This document shows positions 1-14,499 of a stretch of 64,000 bases of DNA, in pieces (the first letter of the stretch is position 1; each line of letters begins with the position of its first letter). The notes under the pieces are model-generated. The model had not been told where the DNA came from and did not search any database. It saw nothing but the letters and a program-made list of their open reading frames with translations. The translations under genes were made by a program, and so were the position numbers. This DNA comes from Chrysomallon squamiferum. Its lineage: Eukaryota; Animalia; Mollusca. The stretch lies in NCBI GenBank assembly GCA_012295275.1, contig CM022673.1:15686001-15750000 (forward strand), given 5' to 3'.

Positions 1-205
1 AAAACAAAACCATTTTTCAGCAACAGTTTACTGTCACAAATACTGGTCATTATTCTCAATAAATAAAAAGTATCAAGTTTTATCTTGACTTTGAATATAT
101 CAAAATTTATCTTGATTTTCTAGTTTGACATCTCCATTTCATTTATTCAGTTTACATTATGTAATAGAGAAGTGCAGAGTTTTGATTGTTCAAGACGAAA
201 TTTAG

Positions 206-211
206 TTAGAT

Positions 212-309
<98 letters not shown>

Positions 310-370
310 CAGAGAAAGATTTAGAAACAAACATACAGAGAGACTGACAAACAGACACACGCACATATAC

Positions 371-431
<61 letters not shown>

Positions 432-440
432 GAGACAGGC
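206..440. repeat. Compound microsatellite (GA)n-(GATA)n-(GACA)n
   Basis: Directly visible tandem GA (~221-305), GATA (~371-406) and GACA tracts. Confidence 0.97.
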
Positions 441-3400
441 AGAGAGATAAAGATATAGCTATAAGATTGACAGATGAATAGAGAGGGGTAAATCGAGAAA
501 GCCAAAAACAGAAAAATTAATTTATTTGTTAAAAGGACGGACAGTCAGTGATGGGGAAAATGGGCGACTGAGGGAAAGGAACAGAGGCAATCTGTGTAAC
601 ACAGGTTATTCTATCGCAAATCATCTAGAATACTTCAAAAACGCTTTAACATTACAAACCCACTCTACAATAAATTTTTCGAATGCATACATTCGTAAAT
701 CATTTTTTTACTTTTTTTAACTATGAGAGAAAACAGACGTTCACACGCTGAAACGTGCAGATCACAAAACAAGATGTAGGCTTCTGTGAATGATTCCACA
801 GTCTACTGAACAACGTTCTTCACAGCATGGTCACGTGATATGATCAAAAAAATCTGGGCTACCACGGATTGCACGTTGGCCCAGTGTTGTTGAAAACAGG
901 ACGGATATTTTTAAACTGTACTCGGTGAAACGGAATGTGAAAATAATTAGCAGTTTTAGTCTTTCATCTTTTTTTTATAATTTAGATTACATTTTACATC
1001 CTGTCAGATCTGATTAGAACAAAACAGCAGCAGTATGTACGTAATATTAATAATAAAGTTTGTTACCAGTGCTGGGCTTTTTATACTGTTATTTGCAGAT
1101 ATTAGAATTGACTTGAAAGTTATCTTTTTGAAAGAATAATATATCTTTTATAATTTGTAATTTTTTTCTTAATTTTTATTTTTATTTTTATTTTTATTTT
1201 TTTTTGTTGTTGTTGTTTTTTGTTTTGTTTTTGGTTTATTTTCTTTTAGATATGTATATTTCTAATATTTTAATACATATTTGTCTAAATACAAGGATAA
1301 GACCGTATATACGTTCGTATGGTAAAAACAGGAGTCTATAAACACACAGATTTACTGTATTATTGTGATGGGAGAAATGCGTTACTGTTACTGATTAGCA
1401 GCATAGATATGAAAGTGTAATGTTACTAATATGAAGCACTGGCCGAGATGAAAAGTTGGCCAAATGTATGTGCTAAGAAGGTTTAATTACTTGGCATTTA
1501 GCATCTCAGTCTCATGTTCTAACCTCGCAGGCATAGCCTGGATATAGAAAGAGAAAATGAAAACGAAAGGAAAAGAAAGAAAGAAAGAAATTACGAAACA
1601 AACGAAGAAAGAGAAAAAAGGAAACAAGAATGAAAAAAGAATACTATATTTTTCTGCGACATAAAAGAGGTATGAAGAAATAATCATTCTAAACAATTAT
1701 GAAACAGACGATATTATAACACACGATAAGAGAAAAAGAGTGAAAGATGAGGAAAGAAATTAACAAGAAATAAAGAATTAGAAAGAATGGATAAAAAAAT
1801 ATGTATATATGAAAGAAACTTGAAAACAATAATTACACCTGTCTTTGATGTTCAGTTTTCTAATTCCTTCGGACACTGCCCTCAAATTAAGAAGTAAAAC
1901 ATGCAGAAACATTTAAACTGTACAGGCAGTTAGAACAGAGCGATCTGGGGCGGGTCCCTTTGTGTGCATGTACACTTGGGACATCTATCGTAAAACGTCT
2001 GTGTACACGTGCATGTAACGTATTTGACATTTGTCGTTACTAAAGGATTCTTGGTTCACAGTGCATGTTTCGACACGTCTCACGTCAGTTTGACGACGAC
2101 TGCAAGTTTCTGAGTGCTAACACAATGAAGCAGATGATACAAACTAACTCCTGAACTTCAGGTCTTGCAAGTTCGTGAAGATTTTCAGTCAGATAACACG
2201 ACATAGAGAAGAAGGAGAAATAAAACAAATTCGTAAACATTTCTTGCTCTGTCAGTCCGTAGTGGAAACACCTGTCGCTTTTTGCACCAAGTAAACTGTA
2301 TCATGTAGCGAATTATTTATCTGGACAAACAATTGTAGAAAACGTGGACATGTATTCCTAATGTCTGATTCTATGTAAAGTAAACTTGTACAATGATTAC
2401 AAAGGCTAAGTGGAATGGACAGCTCTTGCTTGTTTGTGTTTGAGATTAAAAAAATTAGATGTTGTTTTGTTTAGTACAGAAGGGTTGAAATTGGTGCATG
2501 GTATGATATACAAGAGAAAAAAAAGAGAGATACTTTGAATTCGTAAGTGTGACTGATTTGCAACTGTATATACTTTTATTTTATTTTCTTGCATTTTTTT
2601 TATCAAAACATTTTTGTTAGTCATCGAAAACAAACTTAATCATAAATCTAACTTTAGCATTCTTAGTTTTCAGCTTTTTATTTTATTTTATTTTTTACAC
2701 GAATTACTTATAGGCGTGTATTACTCATCCTATACAAAAAATTATAAAATATAAATTTAATACTGCAAATAATAGTTACTAACAGGAATAGAATTCTGTA
2801 TAACATGAAGAAAAGAAAAGCCAAAAATGGAATGCATAATATGTGCTAGCTGGCTTTGAAGTGATTCAAAGGTCACTGAAAAGACGAAGAGAAAAAATAG
2901 CGAGAACAAACACACAAAGACTCGGGTGGATGTTTTCTGAACGTTATCACTTTACGTGTGACAACAAAGCGAACTGCAAGCAAACAGTATAAGGAGTGAG
3001 CCCATACTATTTGGTTGCTTATAATCCGTGACTTTCCTTTTGCCTTCGCTATGGGACTTCGAGGACAAACATGCCTCGTATATGGCCGCTTATTATACTC
3101 GATCTTGCTTTTTCCCCTGTTTTGTAATACACCCATTTTCAAGCGGACTTAGCCCCATTGAATATTAAAAGTCACGCAGGGCTGCGGGGCCCGTCTCGCG
3201 CTATAATCAGCTGTAATAGATGAATACATGTTTGAAGGGAAAAAATATCGTTCTTGTTTCTTCCTGACCATCCTTAGCAATTTAAGGGTAAATATTTTAC
3301 AGACTGTTATTTAATAAAGGGTGGCATTCTCGACTTGTAACGCACTTGACCTTGTCTATTGTTTGTGTCTCGTGCACAAGGATAAGACGCCAAAGCCCAT

Positions 3401-4105
3401 GCCTCAGAATTTGACGAAAGATGCCCTTTAAGATACAACACAAGGGAATGTCGATGGTATTGGTTTAATTTAAAGTGAGGGTGGAGTGTTAGTCTTCAGA
3501 ACTCACCAAAAATACTTTTTCTTTTTTTTTTTTTCTTTTTTTTGCGATTTTTATCTTGTATGGGAAGTGAGTGATATTTTAAAACACTGAAATAAAGGTA
3601 GGAGTACGTCATAATAATTCTGATTTTTTATATATATTTTTTTTTCAATGCATTTAGATGGTTTGTGATGAGCAAAGCAAATTTAAACAAAGATATGTTC
3701 AGTCTGATCGTTATTCCATTTTAATTTGTAAGCACATATATGCACTATACACAAAACATACACGCAGAAATTATTTAAACACGTGCATCTTTTTAAACAA
3801 TCAAATATTTAATTTCTGTAATTTCATACATAGCCTTTGATAACATATAATCATAATAATAATAGTAATAATGACAACAACAACAATAGCAACCACGACA
3901 ACAATAATGATGATGATGATGATGCTAATAACGATGATAATCATGATGATAATAACAATGATAACCATTTAAAAAGCCTGTTTCTTTGCACTTTACATGA
4001 TCTGTTTATGAAAATATAATTACCATGGCATTCTTTGAAATACGTGGGTGTTCTCGTACATGTTAGTGTACTGGTCTGTTCCGAACGAATATATGAATTC
4101 CTTGG

Positions 4106-4147
<42 letters not shown>

Positions 4148-4521
4148 CATTAGCTTTTCGTCTTCTCTCTATTTAAACTGTGCTGATCATACAGTTCTAA
4201 TTGGGTTGTAATTTATCCCAGCGCATAAAAGATTTCGTTTACGCAAATAGTTTCAGTTGTATTAAATTTCGTCTTTTTTCTTCTTCTTCTTTTTTTTTTT
4301 TTTTTTTTTTTTCTTTTTGGTCTCTGATAACTAGACAAAGGAAAGAAAGAATGAAATAAAGCCAAATAAACTATCGCTTAAGGTAAATTCACACAAATTG
4401 ATGTTTTGAATCCTATAAATATCATAATTATTAAAATATTGTTTGTTAGTTGTTTTTTTTGTTGTTGTTTTTTAATTTGTCAAAATTAAGCAAATTAGAT
4501 ACAATGCAATTAATTAAATAA

Positions 4522-4565
<44 letters not shown>

Positions 4566-4779
4566 TTAAATATATATGTATATGTATGTACGTACTTATA
4601 TATTTATATATGCATGCATGTGCATATTTACTCTATCCATATATCTGCCTATCTGTCGGCCATCTAACTTGTCTGTCTATACATTTTCATGCATATTGTT
4701 TTTATTTCGGTTTCTATCTATCCCTTTCCATCTATCTGTCATTTCCAATCATACCATGTGAAAGCACCTTAAGCTTATT

Positions 4780-5190
4780 TCTGGCGACAGTTTCCTCTGT
4801 GGAACAATTACGCGTCAAGCTGCATTGACGGCAACACGTAAACCTGCACGGGGCTCGTGCTACCATTACACTAAGGAACCTTCATCGTCAAGCACGATTT
4901 AACCTCAAAGGACAGAAGACTTCCAAAGGGGTATTCCGTAACACCCGGCATTAGCCATCTACCCCCACTCGCCTCGCCGGGAACAGAGCAGCCTCATAGC
5001 AGAGGTGCGTGATTTCTCGCTATTTCTCTTTCTGGCGCGAGATTTGTGTGACACGGAAACTAATTACGTTACGACGGCGCGCTCCGCGATGACGGCTATT
5101 AGACAGCGGTCGTGACAACGTTTCGTTGTAGTAGCAGACTGAACGTGAGCCTGGCAATAGACAGTTCGTCAGTACTGCAGCTGAGAGATC
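4780..5190. promoter_or_regulatory. CpG-rich unique island (candidate enhancer/promoter)
   Basis: Locally GC/CpG-rich (e.g. cggcgcgctccgcg at ~5076) against an AT-rich background; no ORF in the supplied track covers it. Confidence 0.3.
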
Positions 5191-5209
5191 AAACGTATTG
5201 AAGACATCT

Positions 5210-5500
<291 letters not shown>

Positions 5501-5802
5501 CTACATAAATCGTACACAGAATTTTGGAACATCTGTGTTTTGCATGTCAGGTGACATTACATCAGGTGAACACGACAACTCGGAATTACCTCTTTAAAAT
5601 CGATGTAGCAAGAAGAAAAACAACAGGTGTTTTCAACGATGAATACCAGGTGATCAGTACCGCATCTTTAATCTCATCATTAGTCGTGTTTGAAAAATCT
5701 ACTGTCACTATTCGTTTTGAAATTTAAAAAGTAAAGTGTGTCTGTAATGAATAAATTTGGACTACTGGAGAATTGGAAAGTTAAATATTGTTATGGTTGA
5801 TA

Positions 5803-5803
<1 letters not shown>

Positions 5804-5850
<47 letters not shown>

Positions 5851-6146
5851 CGTTGACGCTGTTGTTCTTGCCGTCGTCAATGTATTTTTTATGTTTATTT
5901 TATTTTATTTTTTTATTTATTTATTTATTTATTTTTTTCTGTTTTTGCTCTGATGAACAATGCAGCGAAACAGTAACAATAAAAAGCGTTAAAGCTTGTT
6001 ATCTTTCTGTTGTTGTTATACGTTTTACCTGGGTTTTTTTTAAATATTCTATTTACTTATTTACTTATTTATTGTTGTTGTTTGTTTTGTTTCTTGGGGG
6101 ATCCATATTTTTTCGGTTTTTTTTTCTGGCGTGGGGTATGAAAGGG

Positions 6147-6226
<80 letters not shown>
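5804..6226. repeat. Two (TTA)n tracts (~5804-5850, ~6148-6225) with T-rich low-complexity spacer
   Basis: Visible tandem tracts; these generate the poly-L/I/Y ORFs. Confidence 0.93.
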
Positions 6227-7111
6227 GATGATATTTTATTATTAAGTTTGTTTGTTTGTTTGTTTGGGGTTTTTTTGGTTTTTTTTTTTAATTCCGTTCT
6301 ATTTCAATTTTGTTGTTGTTTCTTGTTGTTATTTATCTCTCGTTCCTATTCTTTTTCTCTCTGACTTTTAGTTTTATTTATGTATTTATTTTTTAACTAA
6401 AATATTACAGTACTAAGCCCAGGGCTGCACGTACTGTGTTTGATATTGTTCATGGTCATGTTCCACCCGTGACCCGTGATAATTAACACCATGGGGATTT
6501 TGTCTTTATCGCACACACAAACATCTCCCACCCCTAACAAATAGACTTGATCCCTGGGGCATGTGTCATGGGGCGTATTTATACGATGTAACTTTATTGA
6601 CCAATTTAAGGGTTATCTTGCCGTTAATAATCGCCAGCTAACACCCGCTTGTGTAAAATAAGTGAATTTTCGAAACCAAAATTTGTAACTTGATAGTTTA
6701 ATTCTATACGCTGGTGTCAGGAATGCGCCATTACAAGATTAACCTTGTCCCAAATGTTGATTATTATTCGAATCCAGGACGCCCCACAAAGTGATTATGC
6801 TGTCCAAAACAGCAATAAGTCTTTACTGTAAACCTATCTTGAAATATGTTGAAATGTTTTAGTGAAGTTGGATTGAATTATTTATTTATTATTAATTATT
6901 AATTATTATTATTATTATTATTTAATTTTATTTTATGATTATGATTATTATTATTTTTTATTTATTATCATTATTTTTTTATATATATATATATATTTAA
7001 ATATATTTTTTAATATGATCTATGAGCAGAATTTTCATTTTAATTAAAATGGTTTGTATAGTTATAAAATTATTCATCGTTTGTTAATGGTAGTGTAGTG
7101 TTGATGTATCT

Positions 7112-7113
<2 letters not shown>

Positions 7114-7178
<65 letters not shown>
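7114..7178. repeat. (TC)n-(TA)n microsatellite
   Basis: Visible tandem tract. Confidence 0.96.
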
Positions 7179-7428
7179 CGAACATCTGAAAAGATTACAA
7201 AGGTAACTGACTTCTTTTAGCTCACTTGACGTCCTACGTATGGGTGTCGTCACTCGCTGCATAACTAAATTTCTCACAGTGTTACGCACAAACTCCGCTG
7301 ACTGTGGAACGCTAGTCAGCAAACAACCCCATTGTCGGTCTATTGACGTCCACACATTGGCGATAGTTCTCTAACGAATGAAAACCTGGTATGAATGTTT
7401 GCCGTCTTTTCATCAACTGAAGACTTAC

Positions 7429-7532
7429 GAAATACGGGCGACACCCTTTCACGTGAGTGTCACCAGGTGAAAAAAATATATAAGATGGGCGATTTTCTGA
7501 CAACCAAGAATTTGATATTGGCGACATCACAA
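7429..7532 (-). other. Candidate internal exon (104 nt)
   Basis: Minus strand: long polypyrimidine tract ending ttttcacag|, donor |gtaagt; one open frame xVMSPISNSWLSENRPSYIFFSPGDTHVKGCRPYF; no homology recognised. Confidence 0.3.
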
Positions 7533-8492
7533 CTGTGAAAATAAAAGAATAAAAAAAATGCAGGTCAAAAGAATTTTCTTTTTGACCTCGTCTGATCTTT
7601 GGTCGCTTCTACAAAGAATTTCTTTTCTAACTTCTGACAGAAGATTTTCTTCTTGTATTAAGCATAAAAGGGGTATATTCAATGCTTGCAAATATTTTAC
7701 AAATGGTGCATATGAACTGCTGTGATGTTCAGAAACATGACTTTTGTTCTCAAGTCTTGAAAAGGTTTAAAATGTTTTAGTCGAAGTAATTATTGTTTAA
7801 GTATTATTCTCTAGGTAAATACATTATTAGATTAATTCTGCAGTACTGGGTTACATCAATGCGTTATAAGATGCACGTATGATAATCAGTTTGACGATTT
7901 AAAATATACTTTTCTTTCAAAAGTTCTTTGATATCTAAGTATTATCATGTTTTAACATTTTTGTACTTTAGTTTCTGGCATTCATATATTTATGTATATA
8001 TGAGAGTGTAAGTATGTATACACACAAACACATACACAGAAACACACTTTTTACATATGCCTGTGTGCGTGATGCTCGTGCGTTCTAAAATTCGCTTACA
8101 ATTTAATTGGTATAGCAAACCACAGCATTTTCACATTAATTACGATAATGAGCATTAATGTTTATGATTTGCCCAATTTATAATTAATTTACATTTATCG
8201 GAGGAAGCAAATTCAAGGGCTGCTAATTTTAAACTACTGATAATTTTTCCTGCTACTGCACGTAAACCTTTTCAAAGTACCTGTAACCTGGTGTTAAGCG
8301 AAAATGCAGGATTCACTGCAGTATCTCTTGTTATGTAGGCTGGAGAGTTTAAGTATATGATAACGTTTTATTTTAGTGTAACTGACTGATCGAGTGTGAG
8401 TGTGTGAAAAAGTTAGTGAGAGTACGAATGCATGATTATGTGTCTATATCACCTTTATACTTTCCTATTCTAATTATTTCTTCTTCTTCCCC

Positions 8493-8623
<131 letters not shown>

Positions 8624-8781
8624 TATGTTGCTTGTGTACATATCTAAAATATATATAGGCGCGCATACACAAACACACATACAAAAAAGAAGATAACAAA
8701 TTTTTGTTGGCATACAAGATATAGATTTACCTATCAGCCATTTTGTATCCGTCTTTTGTCCTTCTCTGTGTCTATAGCGAC

Positions 8782-9075
8782 TTTTTATATGATTGTTTTC
8801 AGTCATGTTATTATTGTTGTTGTTACTGTAGTTACAGTATGTTTTTATATCATTTTTTCAGTCATATTATTGTTGTTGTTACTGTAGTACAATATGTTTT
8901 TATATCATTGTTTTCAGTCATGTTATTATTGTTGTTGTTTTTGTAGTTACAGTATATTTTTATATCATTGTTTTGAGTCATGTTATTATTGCTTTTGTTA
9001 CTGTAGTTACAATGTGTTTTAATATTATTGTTTTGAATCATTTTATTATTGACGTTGTTATTGTAGTACAATACG
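8782..9075. repeat. Minisatellite, 5 copies of a ~55-60 bp unit
   Basis: Units start at 8782, 8842, 8897, 8957, 9017; consensus TTTTTATATCATTGTTTTCAGTCATGTTATTATTGTTGTTGTTACTGTAGTTACAGTATG. Confidence 0.93.
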
Positions 9076-11406
9076 TTTTTCAGTCGGTACAAAATTTAAT
9101 AATATCAGGTTTCTGGAGACCAATGATCCGGCAAGATGAATGTTTAGCATTCTTTTTCCTTTCAACAAGGCAATAAAAACTAAATCTACTTTTTATATTA
9201 ATATAGCTGGAATTTTCTATACTAAAAGATATAGTCTTTCCTAACAAACCAGTACAGACTGAAAACAAAATATAAATATGTTTTTTTTTTTTGTATTCGC
9301 TGACACATCGTGAATCATACAAATATATTTTATATTAATATATTGTGGTAGACAGTGTTTTCGTAAAAAATGTTTTATTCGTATGACATACATACATTTT
9401 CGTAAATATTTATACACAGAGACAGACATATGTATAAATGCATACATACAAACAGACAGACAGACAGACAATCACACAACAAACACAAACACAAACACAT
9501 TCACAAACTTGTTTTGTTTTTTTCAAGTTTTTGCCAGTATTTTGAGAAGGAATTTTTACTGAAAATTTTAGATTACCTTTGCAGATATGTATGAGAAAAA
9601 CGTAAATTTATTTGTATATTATAAAACATTTTATTGTAAAACATAGGCTTACTTATGCTTTGTCCGCAAACTACTGTACTGTTAATCTGTGCATTAAGTA
9701 CTTTTAAATACTTTTGTGTGTATACACAGATAGTGAATAATAATGAATATGTGAATCAAATAGAGTAGTTTGTATACAAAGGTAAATACGTAAATTTGTA
9801 CTTAAATATGTTCTAAACAAAAAAATTAATAAATAAATAAAATTCAGTAAACTTTTAATTATTTTAATTCATTTTGTATTTAACATTGTACTGAAATAAC
9901 TTTATTTTGCGTCCTCCTTTGCTAAAAAAAGTAAATTGAGTTTCCAGAGTAGTCACAGTATTGCCATATTATTACGACAATATTACAAAGTTCACAATGC
10001 TATAGTATCTGTCGTGTTTATTCAAAGGTAAAATCCTGTGATGTGTTTTCGTGCGTAATGCGGTGTCTGTTTACGTTTCTTTTGACTTTGTAGCAGTGTA
10101 ATGCATGGGAAGTCAGGGATGAATAAAAAGGAAAAGAATGAATGAACTGAAAAAAGAAAAAAGAAAACGAAACGGTGTAGGAAAGATAAATAGACTGTCA
10201 AAATGACAGAAAGAAAGAAAAATGAACAGAATGAAAAAAAATGTAAAAAAATTATTAATAGAAAGAAGAAATACAAAGAAAGAAAAAAGAGAAATTAATG
10301 CAAAAATTAAAAAGAAACGAAAGAAAGAAAATAAATAAAATGGTAGAAAGTAAAAAGAAAAAAAATTAAAATTTGAAGGCGTAAAACAAAACAAAATTTT
10401 AAATATAAAATTAGGAAAGAAAAGACAGAATTTTTTTTTATCCTAGTAGTCAGTATAAAAGGAAAAAAAGAGAAACCAGAAGAAAAGAAAGAAGGAAAAA
10501 AATCCATCAACTAAAGTAGATTTAACACGCGAAATCCAATCTGTAAGGAAACGGGTCAGACAAACAAACACATTTTCACCTTAGTCTACATGTCAACACT
10601 GAACTCAGCAAACCAAATCTTGTATCCATGTCTCATTAAAACCATGTAGGCAAACGTACAAAACAAATTTGTTACCAACCATCGAAATCAATTAACTGGC
10701 GACAGAGTACGCACACTTTAAACCAGCGACTTCTTCAATCACTCAAATCCTATTTTATCTACCGGGACAAACATACCAAGTCTTCTTGACCAGTGCTAGG
10801 TAGGTACGGTACTTCTGTGTGCCGTTTATTTGGCGAACGGCAAGGAATGTCCGTTATAAACTATTGACGCGCTGAAGTTCTAACAGATTATTAATGGAGT
10901 GAGCCAGTTAATTACAGACACGCCTTTTACACGCGAACGACTCCCGTTCTCTCACGAAACTGATTTTTTTTTTCTTTCTTTTTGTTTTAGAAAGTGGAAG
11001 GTCAAAGGACTAACTAAACCCGGGTTTAAGATTTTATTTGTAAATATTAAAATATAGCGACATGTATAGTAAAATATAATACACATACATAAACAATAAT
11101 TTTTAAAAAATCATATTATCTTCGTATCACAGTTTTTCACCCCACGTCATTAACCGTGTCGGATACATTACAAAAAAGATCACTTCATGACCATTCATGG
11201 TCTGTCTCCGGCCACCTGTAAGTGACCACTACAACTTGACCAATAATAAAGACTTTTAAATGAAGCCGCTACCATTGTGTTCTCATTGCCATGTACTTCA
11301 TGTCAAGAATTCCTTTTGTGTCTGTCTGTCCGTCTGACAGTTATGTTTGTCCGAGGTCAGGAAAAATTAAAGACGAGTTTTCTTTCACTGGATTCGCTGT
11401 TTGCAG

Positions 11407-11652
11407 GGTCCTTTGAACGACAATGGTGCTGTTTGCCTCAGCATCACAGACCTTCAGAAGTCCATCGAAGCCATTGTCACGGTTAAAATAAGAAAGTGCA
11501 GAAAGCTGCCCTCCAAATTGCCGGGTCAGTGTTTGTCAGACGGAAGATTCTCGGGAGGAACAAAGAGAAAAAGTTCAGAAGGTGCTTTCTATCACGAAAT
11601 TAGCACACAGTCAAGTGCGGACGAAGAACATTTAGAAATGATTTGCGTATAA
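11407..11652 (+). other. Candidate terminal coding exon (81 codons + stop)
   Basis: Acceptor tgtttgcag| followed by an open, non-low-complexity frame GPLNDNGAVCLSITDLQKSIEAIV...EEHLEMICV*; no homology recognised. Confidence 0.2.
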
Positions 11653-14499
11653 TTAGTTATACTGATGTCATGTGCGATGAGTTGTGCAATTGCAGAGGAC
11701 GTGATCTTTGAAATCATCAGAACAAAAAACGTTTTACTTAATGTTTAGGACTTAAAATAATTTCAGGAATAGCAAATAATAGCGTTTGGTTATTGTAGTT
11801 AATTATTTTATCTCGGGCGAGCGCATTACAACTAAGCTACACCCTTAACTACAACAACAATAACAATAACAAAAACAACAAAAAAAAAAAACAAAAACAA
11901 CAACAATAACAAAATAATAATAACAGAAAGGGCATCAATACGGCAGGAGTAATGTACGAACAAAGGGAAACAATAAATCGATAATTACTTTCGATTAACA
12001 TGAAGAAAGTCAAGAACAACATCTCAATAAAACACCTGTTACTATTCTCATCTGTAAGTAAAATCTATCTTAACAGTTTTTACACACTTTATTGCCTTAC
12101 ACAAACCTTAATCCAGAACCACTGGTGAACGACCTTGATACACGATGTACATCTATCTACATTTACCAGTATTCGCGATTTTCTACACACGGCATTTTGT
12201 AACCACGGCCAAACAATCCACTGCCCCGAGTTCTGTAACAAGCCACCAAATTAACCTTTTCACCTGCTCAGTTATTGCCTGTGAAGACAATTATTTCTCT
12301 AACTCAATATTCTTGTAACAGATTTTTCGCCGAATAAAAATCTGTGACTTTTACTAGGTTCTTTCATATCCAGCATTGTTGGACGCAAAGCAGACAAATT
12401 GAAGATTATTGCAAGTTAAGGCATCGCTGAACAAGAACAATTCTTGCACGGCTAATGTTGTTTTTGCTTTTGCGGATACAGCTATATCAGATCTCAGTCT
12501 TGTATGCCATACCTCTACTTTAGAAATACTTTCTATTCAACTGTCGTGTTTTCCCTAAATCTTACTTACACTGTTCTATTGTAATGATACAGAATCGGCC
12601 ATGACAATTTATTGTTACTGCAACTATTCTTCACAACTACCGATACTACTACTATTATACTTTATTCATACCGCACTACTACTATTACTACTGTTTATAT
12701 TATTGCTTTTACTGCTAAATAAGTACCATTACTACTACTACGCTTCATCTTTCTCTTCCGTTAAAACATCTAAACGTATTTCTAATTCTATATCTACTGT
12801 TATTACTTCTTCTGCTACAACTACTGCATTCGTGTGTCACAGCAAGTAGTTCTAATACTGCTACTAAACGTATTTCTTTGAAATTATCTGTTTTTATTCA
12901 TTAAACTTGGTAAAAGGATATTTATATTGAAAAAAATCAAAAGATTTATAGATAGTCTTTAAAGATAACAACCAGGTATCTGCTCAACCTTTTTTTTTTT
13001 TTTTTTTATTAATTATTCAACCACGTTTTTCCCCTCATGCGACTTTCCTGCTTACAAATCTGCTGTGCACTTGCAGTTGTCGATGGATATATAACGCTAA
13101 CAACTGATCCAATCTATTAAAATTTTCTTCGTGGATCACAACATTACATTACGACTGATATCACACCCGTGATTAGTGGGCAACATCTGCAGCTTTTTCA
13201 TCTTGTTCTTACGAAGCAGCAGCAGCAACACGGTACATCAGTGCGAGAGACATTAACGACTTAACAACAGCCATCAACAAACGTGTTACTATTGCAGCGA
13301 TAAAGACGGTAATTATTTTCAGAAGATGATAGGACGGCTGTGGTTCAGTGGTTACAAACCATGACTGAGGCGTAATATGAAGCAAGATCAGTCCTGCGAA
13401 CCATACCCGTAAGACCAATTCCTTGTACTAGCCAGAGAAATAAGAAATATTCAGTTTATTAATAAAATGCTTTTATGATTACAGGAAATATTAGTATTAT
13501 ACTTTCACTGCAACATTCAGTGAAAGTTATTTTATTTTTTTAAATAATTATTTATATTGTTATAACGTTATGATTATCATATTGGCTGCATTACACAAAT
13601 AAGTGTTTCGTTTTCTTCTTTTTTTCGCCCTTTTTTCTGTTTGTTATTCATTTTGAGAAATCATTAAATCTCCATTAATTATTATATGTCATGCAAAAAT
13701 CTCGTACCACTAGTCGTAACCAACGTCTATTATTATACTGTCCATGTTCGCCTAAGACAGAGTCTATACTCACACAATCAATCAATGTAGAACTATCAAG
13801 TCTATTGTCTAAAGCCTAAACCCTGAACCCTGTATAGACCTAGGCGTCCAACGAGGACCACCAATTGACACTTGTTAAGGACAAGAGTATCATCTCATCT
13901 TAAACATGAATATCAATCTTAAGAAAAAGAAAAGCTCGGAGTCTATTTTGATACAAACACAAAACATTAATCTAGTCTGTGGCAGTTTGTTTTCTTTGTA
14001 AACTACCTAATCCTGTCTGCTATTGGGTGACCAACACGACAATTCACACCTAACACTGTCCAGCTATTATCATCGCGGGTGTCCTTATTACAAGGAGTAT
14101 AATCACAAACTTTAACAGATTCACAGACTAACAACACAAACACAAACACACACACACACACAAACACACACACATACACACATACTCTCTCTTTCTCTCT
14201 CCCTCTCTCTGTAAGTAAAGATGAGAAAAATAAATGGATGAAGATATTCATTTGTTGAAATAATGTAGCATCTCCATTTTTGTCTTCTTCTTTTTTTTCG
14301 TTAAATTAAGTTAAATATTCTCTGTTAGTGTCTTTGTGAACCGTTAGAGTTTCTAGAAATGCCAATCTGTCGAGAACTGGTCATGTTACACCAGCAGATT
14401 TCCTCTTATTTACTATCGTATGGCTGCTGCACTGTCAAACCTAAACAAACATCAAGTTTTTAAAGCCAGGGGACAACATATCACTTTGGAGTCCCAGTA

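Noticed and set aside
8782-9075. 60-bp periodic array as CRISPR or a repeat-protein exon
   Set aside because: The whole unit is repeated with no unique spacers, and unit lengths of 55 and 59 break the reading frame
14007-14127. Minus-strand Cys-containing frame (CESVKVCDYTPCNKDTRDDNSWTVLGVNCRVGHP)
   Set aside because: The acceptor lies in a GT microsatellite, the donor is weak and no domain is recognised
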